A stretch of DNA of 64,000 bases. It comes from Eledone cirrhosa (taxonomy: Eukaryota). A program made the translations under genes and the position numbers. The notes beneath the pieces are model-generated. The model did no database searches. It saw only the letters and a list, made by a program, of their open reading frames with translations, and was not told the DNA's origin. The first letter of the stretch is position 1. The number at the start of each line of letters is the position of its first letter. The DNA is taken from positions 20,646,001 through 20,710,000 of the forward strand of contig OZ024744.1 of the NCBI GenBank assembly GCA_964016885.1, in the 5' to 3' direction. Positions 1 through 12,800 of the stretch are shown piece after piece.

Positions 1-359
1 CAACAGTTAAATCTTAATAACTGACTCGTTTTAACAACAGTTGAATGTTAAGATAAAACTCGTTTTAACAATAGTTGAATCTTAAGAACTGACTCGTTTT
101 AACAACAGTTGAATCTTAATATAAAACTCGTTTTAACAACTGTTGAATCTTAAGAACTGACTCGTTTTAACAACAGCTGAATCTTAAGATAAAATTCGTT
201 TTAACAACAGTTGAATCTTAAGAACTGACTCGTTTTAACAACAGTTGAATCTTCAAATAAAACTCGTTTTAACAACAGTTGAATGTTATGATAAAACTCG
301 TTTTAACAATAGTGGAATCTTAAGAACTGACTCGTTTTAACAACAGTTGATTCTTAAGA

Positions 360-3300
360 TAAAACTCGTTTTAACAACAGTTCAATCTTAAGAACTGACT
401 CGTTTTAACAACAGCTGAATCTTAAGATAAAACTCGTTTTAACAACAGTTCAAACTTAAGAAATGACTCGTTTTAACAAAAGTTGAATCTTATGAACTGA
501 CTCATTTTAACAACAGTTGAATCTTAAGATAACATTCGTTTTAACAACAGTTGAATCTTAAGAACTGACTCGTTTTAACAACAGTTGAATCTTAAAGATA
601 AAACTCGTTTCGACAACAGTTGAATCTTAAGAACTGACTCGTTTTAACAACAGCTGAATCTTAAGATAAAACTCGTTTTAACAACAGTTGAATCTTAAGA
701 TAAAACTCGTTTTAACAACAGTTGAATCTTAAGAACTGACTCGTTTTAACGACAGCTGAATCTTAAGATAAAACTCGTTTTAACAACAGTTCAAACTTAA
801 GAAATGACTCGTTTTAACAACAGTTGAATCTTATGAACTGACTCATTTTAACAACAGTTGAATCTTAAGAACTGATTCGTTTTAACAACAGCTGAATCTT
901 AAGATAAAACTCGTTTTAACAACAGTTGAATCTTTAGAACTGACTCGTTTTAACAACAGCTGAATCTTAAGATAAAACTCGTTTTAACAACAGTTGAATC
1001 TTAAGAACTGACTCGTTTTAACAACAGCTGAATCTTAAGATAAAACTCGTTTTAACAACAGTTGAATCTTAAGATAAAACTCGTTTTAACAACAGTTGAA
1101 TCTTAAGAACTGACTCGTTTTAACAACAGCTGAATCTTAAGATAAAACTCGTTTAACAACAGTTGAATCTTAAGATAAAACTCGTTTTAACAACAGTTGA
1201 ATCTTAAGTACTGACTCGTTTTAACAACAGTTGAATCTTAAGATAAAACTCGTTTTAACAACAGTTGAATCTTATGAGCTAACTCATTTTAACAACAGTT
1301 GAATCTTAAGTTAAGACTCGTTTTAACAACAGTTGAATCTTAAGAACTGACTCGTTTTAACGACAGCTGAATCTTAAGATAAAACTTGATTTAACAACAG
1401 TTGAATCTTAAGAACTGACTCGTTTTAACAACAGTTGAATCTTAAGACAAAACCCGTTTTAACAACAGTTGAATCTTAAGAACTGTCTCGTTTTAACAAC
1501 AGTTGAATCTTAAGATAAACCTCGTTTTAACAACAGTTTAATCTTAAGAACTGACTCGTTTTAACAACAGTTGAATCTTAAGACAAAACTCGTTTTAACA
1601 ACAGTTGAATCTTAAGAACTGACTTGTTCTAACAACAGTTCAGCCTTAAGAACTGACTCGTTTTAAAACAGTTGAATCGTTAGAACTGACTCGTTTTAAC
1701 AACAGTTGAATCTTAAAATAAAACTCGTTTTAACAATAGTTGAATCTCAAGAACTGACTCGTTTTAGCAACAGTTGAATCTTAAGATAACACTCGTTTTC
1801 ATAACAGTTGAATCTTAAGAACTGTCTCGTTTTAACAACAGTTGAATCTTAAGATAAACCTCGTCTTAACAACAGTTGAATCTTAAGAACTGACTCGTTT
1901 TAACAACAGTTAAATCTTAATAACAGACTCGTTTTAACAACAGTTGAATCTTAAGATAAAACTCGTTTTAACAACTGTTGAATCTTAAGAACTGACTCGT
2001 TTTAACAACAGCTGAATCTTAAGATAAAACTCGTTTTAACAACAGTTGAATCTTAAGAACTGACTCGTTTTAACAACAGTTGAATCTTAAGATAAAACCC
2101 GTTTTAACAACTGTTGAATCTTAAGAACTGACTCGTTTTAACAACAGCTGAATCTTAAGATAAAACTCGTTTTAACAACAGTTGAATCTTAAGAACTGAC
2201 TCGTTTTAACAACAGTTGAATCTTCAAATAAAACTCGTTTTAACAACAGTTGAATCTTAAGAACTGACTCGTTTTAACAACAGTTGAATGTTAAGATAAA
2301 ACTCGTTTTAACAATAGTTGAAACTTAAGAACTGACTCGTTTTAACAACAGTTGAATCTTAAGATAAAACTCGTTTTAACAACAGTTCAATCTTAAGAAC
2401 TGACTCGTTTTAACAACAGCTGAATCTTAAGATAAAACTCGTTTTAACAACAGTTCAAACTTAAGAAATGACTCGTTTTAACAAAAGTTGAATCTTATGA
2501 ACTGACTCATTTTAACAACAGTTGAATCTTAAGATAACATTCGTTTTAACAACAGTTGAATCTTAAGAACTGACTCGTTTTAACAACAGTTGAATCTTAA
2601 AGATAAAACTCGTTTCGACAACAGTTGAATCTTAAGAACTGACTCGTTTTAACAACAGCTGAATCTTAAGATAAAACTCGTTTTAACAACAGTTGAATCT
2701 TAAGATAAAACTCGTTTTAACAACAGTTGAATCTTAAGAACTGACTCGTTTTAACGACAGCTGAATCTTAAGATAAAACTCGTTTTAACAACAGTTCAAA
2801 CTTAAGAAATGACTCGTTTTAACAACAGTTGAATCTTATGAACTGACTCATTTTAACAACAGTTGAATCTTAAGAACTGATTCGTTTTAACAACAGCTGA
2901 ATCTTAAGATAAAACTCGTTTTAACAACAGTTGAATCTTTAGAACTGACTCGTTTTAACAACAGCTGAATCTTAAGATAAAACTCGTTTTAACAACAGTT
3001 GAATCTTAAGAACTGACTCGTTTTAACAACAGCTGAATCTTAAGATAAAACTCGTTTTAACAACAGTTGAATCTTAAGATAAAACTCGTTTTAACAACAG
3101 TTGAATCTTAAGAACTGACTCGTTTTAACAACAGCTGAATCTTAAGATAAAACTCGTTTAACAACAGTTGAATCTTAAGATAAAACTCGTTTTAACAACA
3201 GTTGAATCTTAAGTACTGACTCGTTTTAACAACAGTTGAATCTTAAGATAAAACTCGTTTTAACAACAGTTGAATCTTATGAGCTAACTCATTTTAACAA

Positions 3301-4390
3301 CAGTTGAATCTTAAGTTAAGACTCGTTTTAACAACAGTTGAATCTTAAGAACTGACTCGTTTTAACGACAGCTGAATCTTAAGATAAAACTTGATTTAAC
3401 AACAGTTGAATCTTAAGAACTGACTCGTTTTAACAACAGTTGAATCTTAAGACAAAACCCGTTTTAACAACAGTTGAATCTTAAGAACTGTCTCGTTTTA
3501 ACAACAGTTGAATCTTAAGATAAACCTCGTTTTAACAACAGTTTAATCTTAAGAACTGACTCGTTTTAACAACAGTTGAATCTTAAGACAAAACTCGTTT
3601 TAACAACAGTTGAATCTTAAGAACTGACTTGTTCTAACAACAGTTCAGCCTTAAGAACTGACTCGTTTTAAAACAGTTGAATCGTTAGAACTGACTCGTT
3701 TTAACAACAGTTGAATCTTAAAATAAAACTCGTTTTAACAATAGTTGAATCTCAAGAACTGACTCGTTTTAGCAACAGTTGAATCTTAAGATAACACTCG
3801 TTTTCATAACAGTTGAATCTTAAGAACTGTCTCGTTTTAACAACAGTTGAATCTTAAGATAAACCTCGTTTTAACAACAGTTGAATCTTAAGAACTGACT
3901 CGTTTTAACAACAGTTAAATCTTAATAACAGACTCGTTTTAACAACAGTTGAATCTTAAGATAAAACTCGTTTTAACAACTGTTGAATCTTAAGAACTGA
4001 CTCGTTTTAACAACAGCTGAATCTTAAGATAAAACTCGTTTTAACAACAGTTGAATCTTAAGAACTGACTCGTTTTAACAACAGTTGAATCTTAAGATAA
4101 AACCCGTTTTAACAACTGTTGAATCTTAAGAACTGACTCGTTTTAACAACAGCTGAATCTTAAGATAAAACTCGTTTTAACAACAGTTGAATCTTAAGAA
4201 CTGACTCGTTTTAACAACAGTTGAATCTTCAAATAAAACTCGTTTTAACAACAGTTGAATCTTAAGAACTGACTCGTTTTAACAACAGTTGAATGTTAAG
4301 ATAAAACTCGTTTTAACAATAGTTGAAACTTAAGAACTGACTCGTTTTAACAACAGTTGAATCTTAAGATAAAACTCGTTTTAACAACAG
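360..4390. repeat. Tandem duplication of a 59-monomer (2,005 bp) higher-order unit
   Basis: Rare variants recur at a 2,005-bp offset: TCTTTAGAAC at 931/2936 and CAGCCTTAAG at 1641/3646. 2,005 = 59x34-1. Confidence 0.9.
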
Positions 4391-5560
4391 TTGAATCTTA
4401 AGAACTGACTCGTTTTAACAACAGCTGAATCTTAAGATAAAACTCGTTTTAACAACAGTTGAATCTTAAGAACGGACTCGTTTTAACAACAGCTGAATCT
4501 TAAGATAAAACTCGTTTTAACGACAGTTGAATCTTAAGAACTGATTCGTTTTAACAACAGTTCAAACTTAAGAACTGACTCGTTTTATCAACAGTTGAAT
4601 CTTAGGAAATGACTCATTTTAACAACAGTTGAATCTTAAGATAACATTCGTTTTAACAACAGTTGAATCTTAAGAACTGACTCGTTTTAACAACAGTTGA
4701 ATCTTAAAGATAAAACTCGTTTCAACAACAGTTGAATCTTAAGAACTGACTCGTTTTAACAACAGCTGAATCTTAAGATAAAACTCGTTTTAACAACAGT
4801 TGAATCTTAAGAACTGACTCGTTTTAACAACAGTTGAATCTTAAGATAAAACCCGTTTTAACAACTGTTGAATCTTAAGAACTGACTCGTTTTAACAACA
4901 GCTGAATCTTAAGATAAAACTCGTTTTAACAACAGTTGAATCTTAAGAACTGACTCGTTTTAACAACAGTTGAATCTTCAAATAAAACTCGTTTTAACAA
5001 CAGTTGAATCTTAAGAACTGACTCGTTTTAACAACAGTTGAATGTTAAGATAAAACTCGTTTTAACAATAGTTGAAACTTAAGAACTGACTCGTTTTAAC
5101 AACAGTTGAATCTTAAGATAAAACTCGTTTTAACAACAGTTGAATCTTAAGAACTGACTCGTTTTAACAACAGCTGAATCTTAAGATAAAACTCGTTTTA
5201 ACAACAGTTGAATCTTAAGAACGGACTCGTTTTAACAACAGCTGAATCTTAAGATAAAACTCGTTTTAACGACAGTTGAATCTTAAGAACTGATTCGTTT
5301 TAACAACAGTTCAAACTTAAGAACTGACTCGTTTTATCAACAGTTGAATCTTAGGAAATGACTCATTTTAACAACAGTTGAATCTTAAGATAACATTCGT
5401 TTTAACAACAGTTGAATCTTAAGAACTGACTCGTTTTAACAACAGTTGAATCTTAAAGATAAAACTCGTTTCAACAACAGTTGAATCTTAAGAACTGTCT
5501 CGTTTTAACAACAGCTGAATCTTAAGATAAAACTCGTTTTAACAACAGTTGAATCTTAAG
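4080..5560. repeat. Tandem duplication of a 22-monomer (749 bp) unit
   Basis: TTAGGAAATGACTCA occurs at 4602 and 5351 (offset 749 = 22x34+1), with the flanking variants in the same order. Confidence 0.85.
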
Positions 5561-8500
5561 ATAAAACTCGTTTTAACAACAGTTGAATCTTAAGAACTGA
5601 CTCGTTTTAACGACAGCTGAATCTTAAGATAAAACTCGTTTTAACAACAGTTGAATCTTAAGAACAGACTCGTTTTAGCAACAGCTGAATCTTAAGATAA
5701 AACTTGTTTTAACAACAGTTGAATCTTAAGAACTGACTCGTTTTAACAACAGCTGAATCTTAATATAAAACTCGTTTTAACGACAGCTGATTCTTAAGAT
5801 AAAACTCGTTTTAACAACAGTTGGATCTTAAGAACTGACTCGTTTTAACAACAGTTGAATCTTACGATAAAACTCGTTTTAACAACAGTTGAATCTTAAG
5901 AACTGACTCTTTTTAACAACAGTTGAATCTTAAGATAAAACTCGTTTTAACAACAGTTGAATCTTATGAGCTAACTCATTTTAACAACAGTTGAATCTTA
6001 AGTTAAGACCCGTTTTAACAACAGTTGAATCTTAAGAACTGACTCGTTTTAACAACAGCTGAATCTTAAGATAAAACTCGTTTTAACAACAGTTGAATCT
6101 TAAGAACTGACTCGTTTTAACAACAGCTGAATCTTAAGATAAAACTCGTTTTAACAACAGTTGAATCTTAAGTACTGACTCGTTTTAACAACAGTTGAAT
6201 CTTAAGATAAAACTCGTTTTAACAACAGTTGAATCTTATGAGCTAACTCATTTTAACAACAGTTGAATCTTAAGTTAAGACTCGTTTTAACAACAGTTGT
6301 ATCTTAAGAACTGACTCGTTTTAACGACAGCTGAATCTTAAGATAAAACTTGTTTTAACAACAGTTGAATCTTAAAGATAAAACTCGCTTTAACAACAGT
6401 TGAATCTTAAGAACTGACTCGTTTTAACAACAGTTGAATCTTAAGACAAAACCCGTTTTAACAACAGTTGAATCTTAAGAACTGTCTCGTTTTAACATCA
6501 GTTCAATCTTAAGATAAACCTCGTTTTAACAACAGTTTAATCTTAAGAACTGACTCGTTTTAACAACAGTTGAATCTTAAAACAAAACTCGTTTTAACAA
6601 CAGTTGAATCTTAAGAACTGACTTGTTCTAACAACAGTTCAGCCTTAAGAAATGACTCGTTTTAAAACAGTTGAATCGTTAGAACTGACTCGTTTTAACA
6701 ACAGTTGAATCTTAAATTAAAACTCGTTTTAACAATAGTTGAATCTCAAGAACTGACTCGTTTTAGCAACAGTTGAATCTTAAGATAACACTCGTTTTCA
6801 TAACAGTTGAATCTTAAGAACTGTCTCGTTTTAACAACAGTTGAATCTTAAGATAAACCTCGTTTTAACAACAGTTGAATCTTAAGAACTGACTCGTTTT
6901 AACAACAGTTAAATCTTAATAACTGACTCGTTTTAACAACAGTTGAATCTTAAGATAAAACTCGTTTTAACAACTGTTGAATCTTAAGAACTGACTCGTT
7001 TTAACAACAGCTGAATCTTAAGATAAAACTCGTTTTAACAACAGTTGAATCTTAAGAACTGACTCGTTTTAACAACAGTTGAATCTTAAGATAAAACCCG
7101 TTTTAACAACAGTTGAATCTTAAGAACTGACTCGTTTTAACAACAGTTGAATGTTAAGATAAAACTCGTTTTAACAATAGTTGAAACTTAAGAACTGACT
7201 CGTTTTAACAACAGTTGAATCTTAAGATAAAACTCGTTTTAACAACAGTTGAATCTTAAGAACTGACTCGTTTTAACAACAGCTGAATCTTAAGATAAAA
7301 CTCGTTTTAACAACAGTTGAATCTTAAGAACGGACTCGTTTTAACAACAGCTGAATCTTAAGATAAAACTCGTTTTAACGACAGTTCAAACTTAAGAACT
7401 GACTCGTTTTATCAACAGTTGAATCTTATGAACTGACTCATTTTAACAACAGTTGAATCTTAAGATAACATTCGTTTTAACAACAGTTGAATCTTAAGAA
7501 CTGACTCGTTTTAACAACAGTTGAATCTTAAAGATAAACTCGTTTCAACAACAGTTGAATCTTAAGAACTGACTCGTTTTAACATCAGCTGAATCTTAAG
7601 ATAAAACTCGTTTTAACAACAGTTGAATCTTAAGATAAAACTCGTTTTAACAACAGTTGAATCTCAAGAACTGACTCGTTTTAACGACAGCTGAATCTTA
7701 AGATAAAACTCGTTTTAACAACAGTTCAAACTTAAGAGATGACTTGTTTTAACAACAGTTGAATCTTATGAACTGAATCATTTTAACAAAAGTTGAATTT
7801 TAAGAACTGATTCGTTTTAACAACAGTTGAATCTTAAGGTAAAACTCGTTTTAACAACAGTTGAATCTTAAGAACTGACTCGTTTTAACAACAGCTGAAT
7901 CTTAAGATAAAACTCGTTTTAACAACAGTTGAATCTTAAGATAAAACTCGTTTTAACAACAGTTGAATCTTAAGAACTGACTCGTTTTAACAACAGTTGA
8001 ATCTTAAGATAAAACTCGTTTGAACAACAGTTGAATCTTATGAACTAACTAATTTTTACAACAGTTGAATCTTAAGTTAAGACTCGTTTTAACAACAGTT
8101 GAATCTTAAGAACTGACTCGTTTTAACAACAGCTGAATCTTAAGATAAAACTCGTTTTAACAACAGTTGAATCTTAAAGATAAAACTCGCTTTAACAACA
8201 GTTGAATCTTAAGAACTGACTCGTTTTAACAACAGTTGAATCTTAAGATAAACCTCGTTTTAACAACAGTTTAATCTTAAGAACTGACTCGTTTTAACAA
8301 CAGTTGAATCTTAAGACAAAACTCGTTTTAACAACAGTTCAATCTTAAGAACTGATTTGTTCTAACAACAGTTCAGCCTTAAGAACTGACTCGTTTTAAA
8401 ACAGTTGAATCGTTAGAACTGACTCGTTTTAACAACAGTTGAATCTTAAGATAAAACTCGTTTTAACAACAGTTAAATCTAAATAACTGACTCGTTTTAA

Positions 8501-9899
8501 CAACAGTTGAATGTTAAGATAAAACTCGTTTTAACAATAGTTGAATCTTAAGAACTGACTCGTTTTAACAACAGTTGAATCTTAAGATAAAACTCGTTTT
8601 AACAACTGTTGAATCTTAAGAACTGACTCGTTTTAACAACAGCTGAATCTTAAGATAAAACTCGTTTTAACAACAGTTGAATCTTAAGAACTGACTCGTT
8701 TTAACAACAGTTGAATCTTAAGATAAAACTCGTTTTAACAACAGTTGAATCTTAAGAACTGACTCGTTTTAACAACAGCTGAATCTTAAGATAAAACTCG
8801 TTTTAACAACAGTTGAATCCTAAGAACTGACTTGTTTTATCAACAGTCCAACCGTAAGAACTGACTCGTTTTAACAACAGTTGAATGTTCAAATAAAACA
8901 CGTTTTAACAACAGTTGAATCTTAAGAACTGACTCGTTTTAACAACAGTTGAATCTTAAGAACTGACTCGTTTTAACAACAGTTAAATCTTAATAACTGA
9001 CTCGTTTTAACAACAGTTGAATGTTAAGATAAAACTCGTTTTAACAACAGTTGAATCTTAAGAACTGACTCGTTTTAACAACAGTTGAATCTTCAAATAA
9101 AACTCGTTTTAACAACAGTTGAACATTAAGATAAAACTCGTTTTAACAACAGTTGAATGTTAAGATAAAACTCGTTTTAACAATAGTTGAATCCTAAGAA
9201 CTGACTCGTTTTAACAACAGTTGAATCTTAAGATAAAACTCGTTTTAACAACAGTTGAATCTTAAGAACTGACTTGTTTTATCAACAGTCCAACCGTAAG
9301 AACTGACTCGTTTTAACAACAGTTGAATGTTCAAATAAAACTCGTTTTAACAACAGTTGAATCTTAAGAACTGACTCGTTTTAACAACAGTTGAATCTTA
9401 AGAACTGACTCGTTTTAACAACAGTTAAATCTTAAGAACTGACTCGTTTTAACAACAGCTGAATCTTAAGATAAAACTCGTTTTAACAACAGTTGAATCT
9501 TAAGAACTGACTCGTTTTAACAACAGCTGAATCTTAAGATAAACTCGTTTTAACAACAGTTGAATCTTAAGATAAAACTCGTTTTAACAACAGTTGAATG
9601 TTAAGAACTGACTCATTTTAACAACAGTTGAATCTTAAGATAAAACTCGTTTTAACAACAGTTGAATCTTATGAGCTAACTCATTTTAACAACAGTTGAA
9701 TCTTAAGTTCAGACTCGTTTTAACAACAGTTGAATCTTAAGAACTGACTCGTTTTAACAACAGCTGAATCGTAAGATAAAACTCGTTTTAACAACAGTTG
9801 AATCTTAAGAACTGACTCGTTTTAACAACAGCTGAATCTTAATATAAAACTCGTTTTAACAACAGTTGAATCTTAAGATAAAACTCGTTTTAACAACAG

Positions 9900-12800
9900 T
9901 TGAATCTTAAGATAAAACTCGTTTTAACAACAGTTGAATCTTATGAGCTAACTCATTTTAACAACAGTTGAATCTTAAGTTAAGACTCGTTTTAACAACA
10001 GTTGAATCTTAAGAACTGACTCGTTTTAACGACAGCTGAATCTTAAGATAAAACTTGATTTACCAACAGTTGAATCTTAAAGATAAAACTCGCTTTAACA
10101 ACAGTTGAATCTTAAGAACTGACTCGTTTTAACAACAGTTGAATCTTAAGACAAAACCCGTTTTAACAACAGTTGAATCTTAAGAACTGTCTCGTTTTAA
10201 CAACAGTTGAATCTTAAGATAAACCTCGTTTTAACAACAGTTTAATCTTAAGAACTGACTCGTTTTAACAACAGTTGAATCTTAAGACAAAACTCGTTTT
10301 AACAACAGTTGAATCTTAAGAACTGACTTGTTCTAACAACAGTTCAGCCTTAAGAACTGACTCGTTTTAAAACAGTTGAATCGTTAGAACTGACTCGTTT
10401 TAACAACAGTTGAATCTTAAAATAAAACTCGTTTTAACAATAGTTGAATCTCAAGAACTGACTCGTTTTAGCAACAGTTGAATCTTAAGATAACACTCGT
10501 TTTCATAACAGTTGAATCTTAAGAACTGTCTCGTTTTAACAACAGTTAAATCTTAATAACAGACTCGTTTTAACAACAGTTGAATCTTAAGATAAAACTC
10601 GTTTTAACAACTGTTGAATCTTAAGAACTGACTCGTTTTAACAACAGCTGAATCTTAAGATAACACTCGTTTTAACAACAGTTGAATCTTAAGAACTGAC
10701 TCGTTTTAACAACAGTTGAATCTTAAGATAAAACCCGTTTTAACAACTGTTGAATCTTAAGAACTGACTCGTTTTAACAACAGCTGAATCTTAAGATAAA
10801 ACTCGTGTTAACAACAGTTGAATCTTAAGAACTGACTCGTTTTAACAACAGTTGAATCTTCAAATAAAACTCGTTTTAACAACAGTTGAATCTTAAGAAC
10901 TGACTCGTTTTAACAACAGTTGAATGTTAAGATAAAACTCGTTTTAACAATAGTTGAAACTTAAGAACTGACTCGTTTTAACAACAGTTGAATCTTAAGA
11001 TAAAACTCGTTTTAACAACAGTTGAATCTTAAGAACTGACTCGTTTTAACTACAGCTGAATCTTAAGATAAAACTCGTTTTAACAACAGTTGAATCTTAA
11101 GAACGGACTCGTTTTAACAACAGCTGAATCTTAAGATAAAACTCGTTTTAACGACAGTTGAATCTTAAGAACTGATTCGTTTTAACAACAGTTCAAACTT
11201 AAGAACTGACTCGTTTTATCAACAGTTGAATCTCATGAACTGACTCATTTTAACAACAGTTGAATCTTAAGATAACATTCGTTTTAACAACAGTTGAATC
11301 TTAAGAACTGACTCGTTTTAACAACAGTTGAATCTTAAAGATAAAACTCGTTTCAACAACAGTTGAATCTTAAGAACTAACTCGTTTTAACAACAGCTGA
11401 ATCTTAAGATAAAACTCGTTTCAACAACAGTTGAATCTTAAGATAAAACTCGTTTTAACAACAGTTGAATCTTAAGAACTGACTCGTTTTAACGACAGCT
11501 GAATCTTAAGATAAAACTCGTTTTAACAACAGTTGAATCTTAAGAACAGACTCGTTTTAGCAACAGCTGAATCTTAAGATAAAACTCGTTTTAACAACAG
11601 TTGAATCTTAAGAACTGACTCGTTTTAACAACAGCTGAATCTTAATATAAAACTCGTTTTAACGACAGCTGAATCTTAAGATAAAACTCGTTTTAACAAC
11701 AGTTGGATCTTAAGAACTGACTCGTTTTAACAACAGTTGAATCTTACGATAAAACTCGTTTTAACAACAGTTGAATCTTATGAACTAACTCATTTTAACA
11801 ACAGTTGAATCTTAAGTTAAGACTCGTTTTAACAACAGTTGAATCTTAAGAACTGACTCGTTTTAACAACAGTTGAATCTTAAGACAAAACCCGTTTTAA
11901 CAACAGTTGAATCTTAAGAACTGTCACGTTTTAACAACAGTTGAATCTTAAGATAAACCTCGTTTTAACAACAGTTTAATCTTAAGAACTGACTCGTTTT
12001 AACAACAGTTGAATCTTAAGACAAAACTCGTTTTAACAACAGTTGAATCTTGAGAACTGACTCGTTTTAACAACAGCTGAATCTTAACATAACACTCGTT
12101 TTAACAACAGTTGAATCTTAAGAACTGACTCGTTTTAACAACAGTTGAATCTTAAGATAAAACCCGCTTTAACAACTGTTGAATCTTAAGAACTGACTCG
12201 TTTTAACAACAGCTGAATCTTAAGATAAAACTCGTTTTAACAACAGTTGAATCTTAAGAACTGACTCGTTTTAACAACAGTTGAATCTTCAAATAAAACT
12301 CGTTTTAACAACAGTTGAATCTTAAGAACTGACTCGTTTTAACAACAGTTGAATGTTAAGATAAAACTCGTTTTAACAATAGTTGAAACTTAAGAACTGA
12401 CTCGTTTTAACAACAGTTGAATCTTAAGATAAAACTCGTTTTAACAACAGTTGAATCTTAAGAACTGACTCGTTTTAACAACAGCTGAATCTTAAGATAA
12501 AACTCGTTTTAACAACAGTTGAATCTTAAGAACGGACTCGTTTTAACAACAGCTGAATCTTAAGATAAAACTCGTTTTAACGACAGTTGAATCTTAAGAA
12601 CTGATTCGTTTTAACAACAGTTCAAACTTAAGAACTGACTCGTTTTATCAACAGTTGAATCTTATGAACTGACTCATTTTAACAACAGTTAAATCTTAAG
12701 ATAACATTCGTTTTAACAACAGTTGAATCTTACGAACTGACTCGTTTTAACAACATTTGAATCTTAAAGATAAAACTCGTTTCAACAACAGTTGAATCTT

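Noticed and set aside
495-510. AP-1/GCN4-like TGACTCA motif in variant monomers, and E-box CAGCTG
   Set aside because: These are short motifs produced by single substitutions in a satellite, with no gene or promoter context. Binding cannot be supported from sequence.
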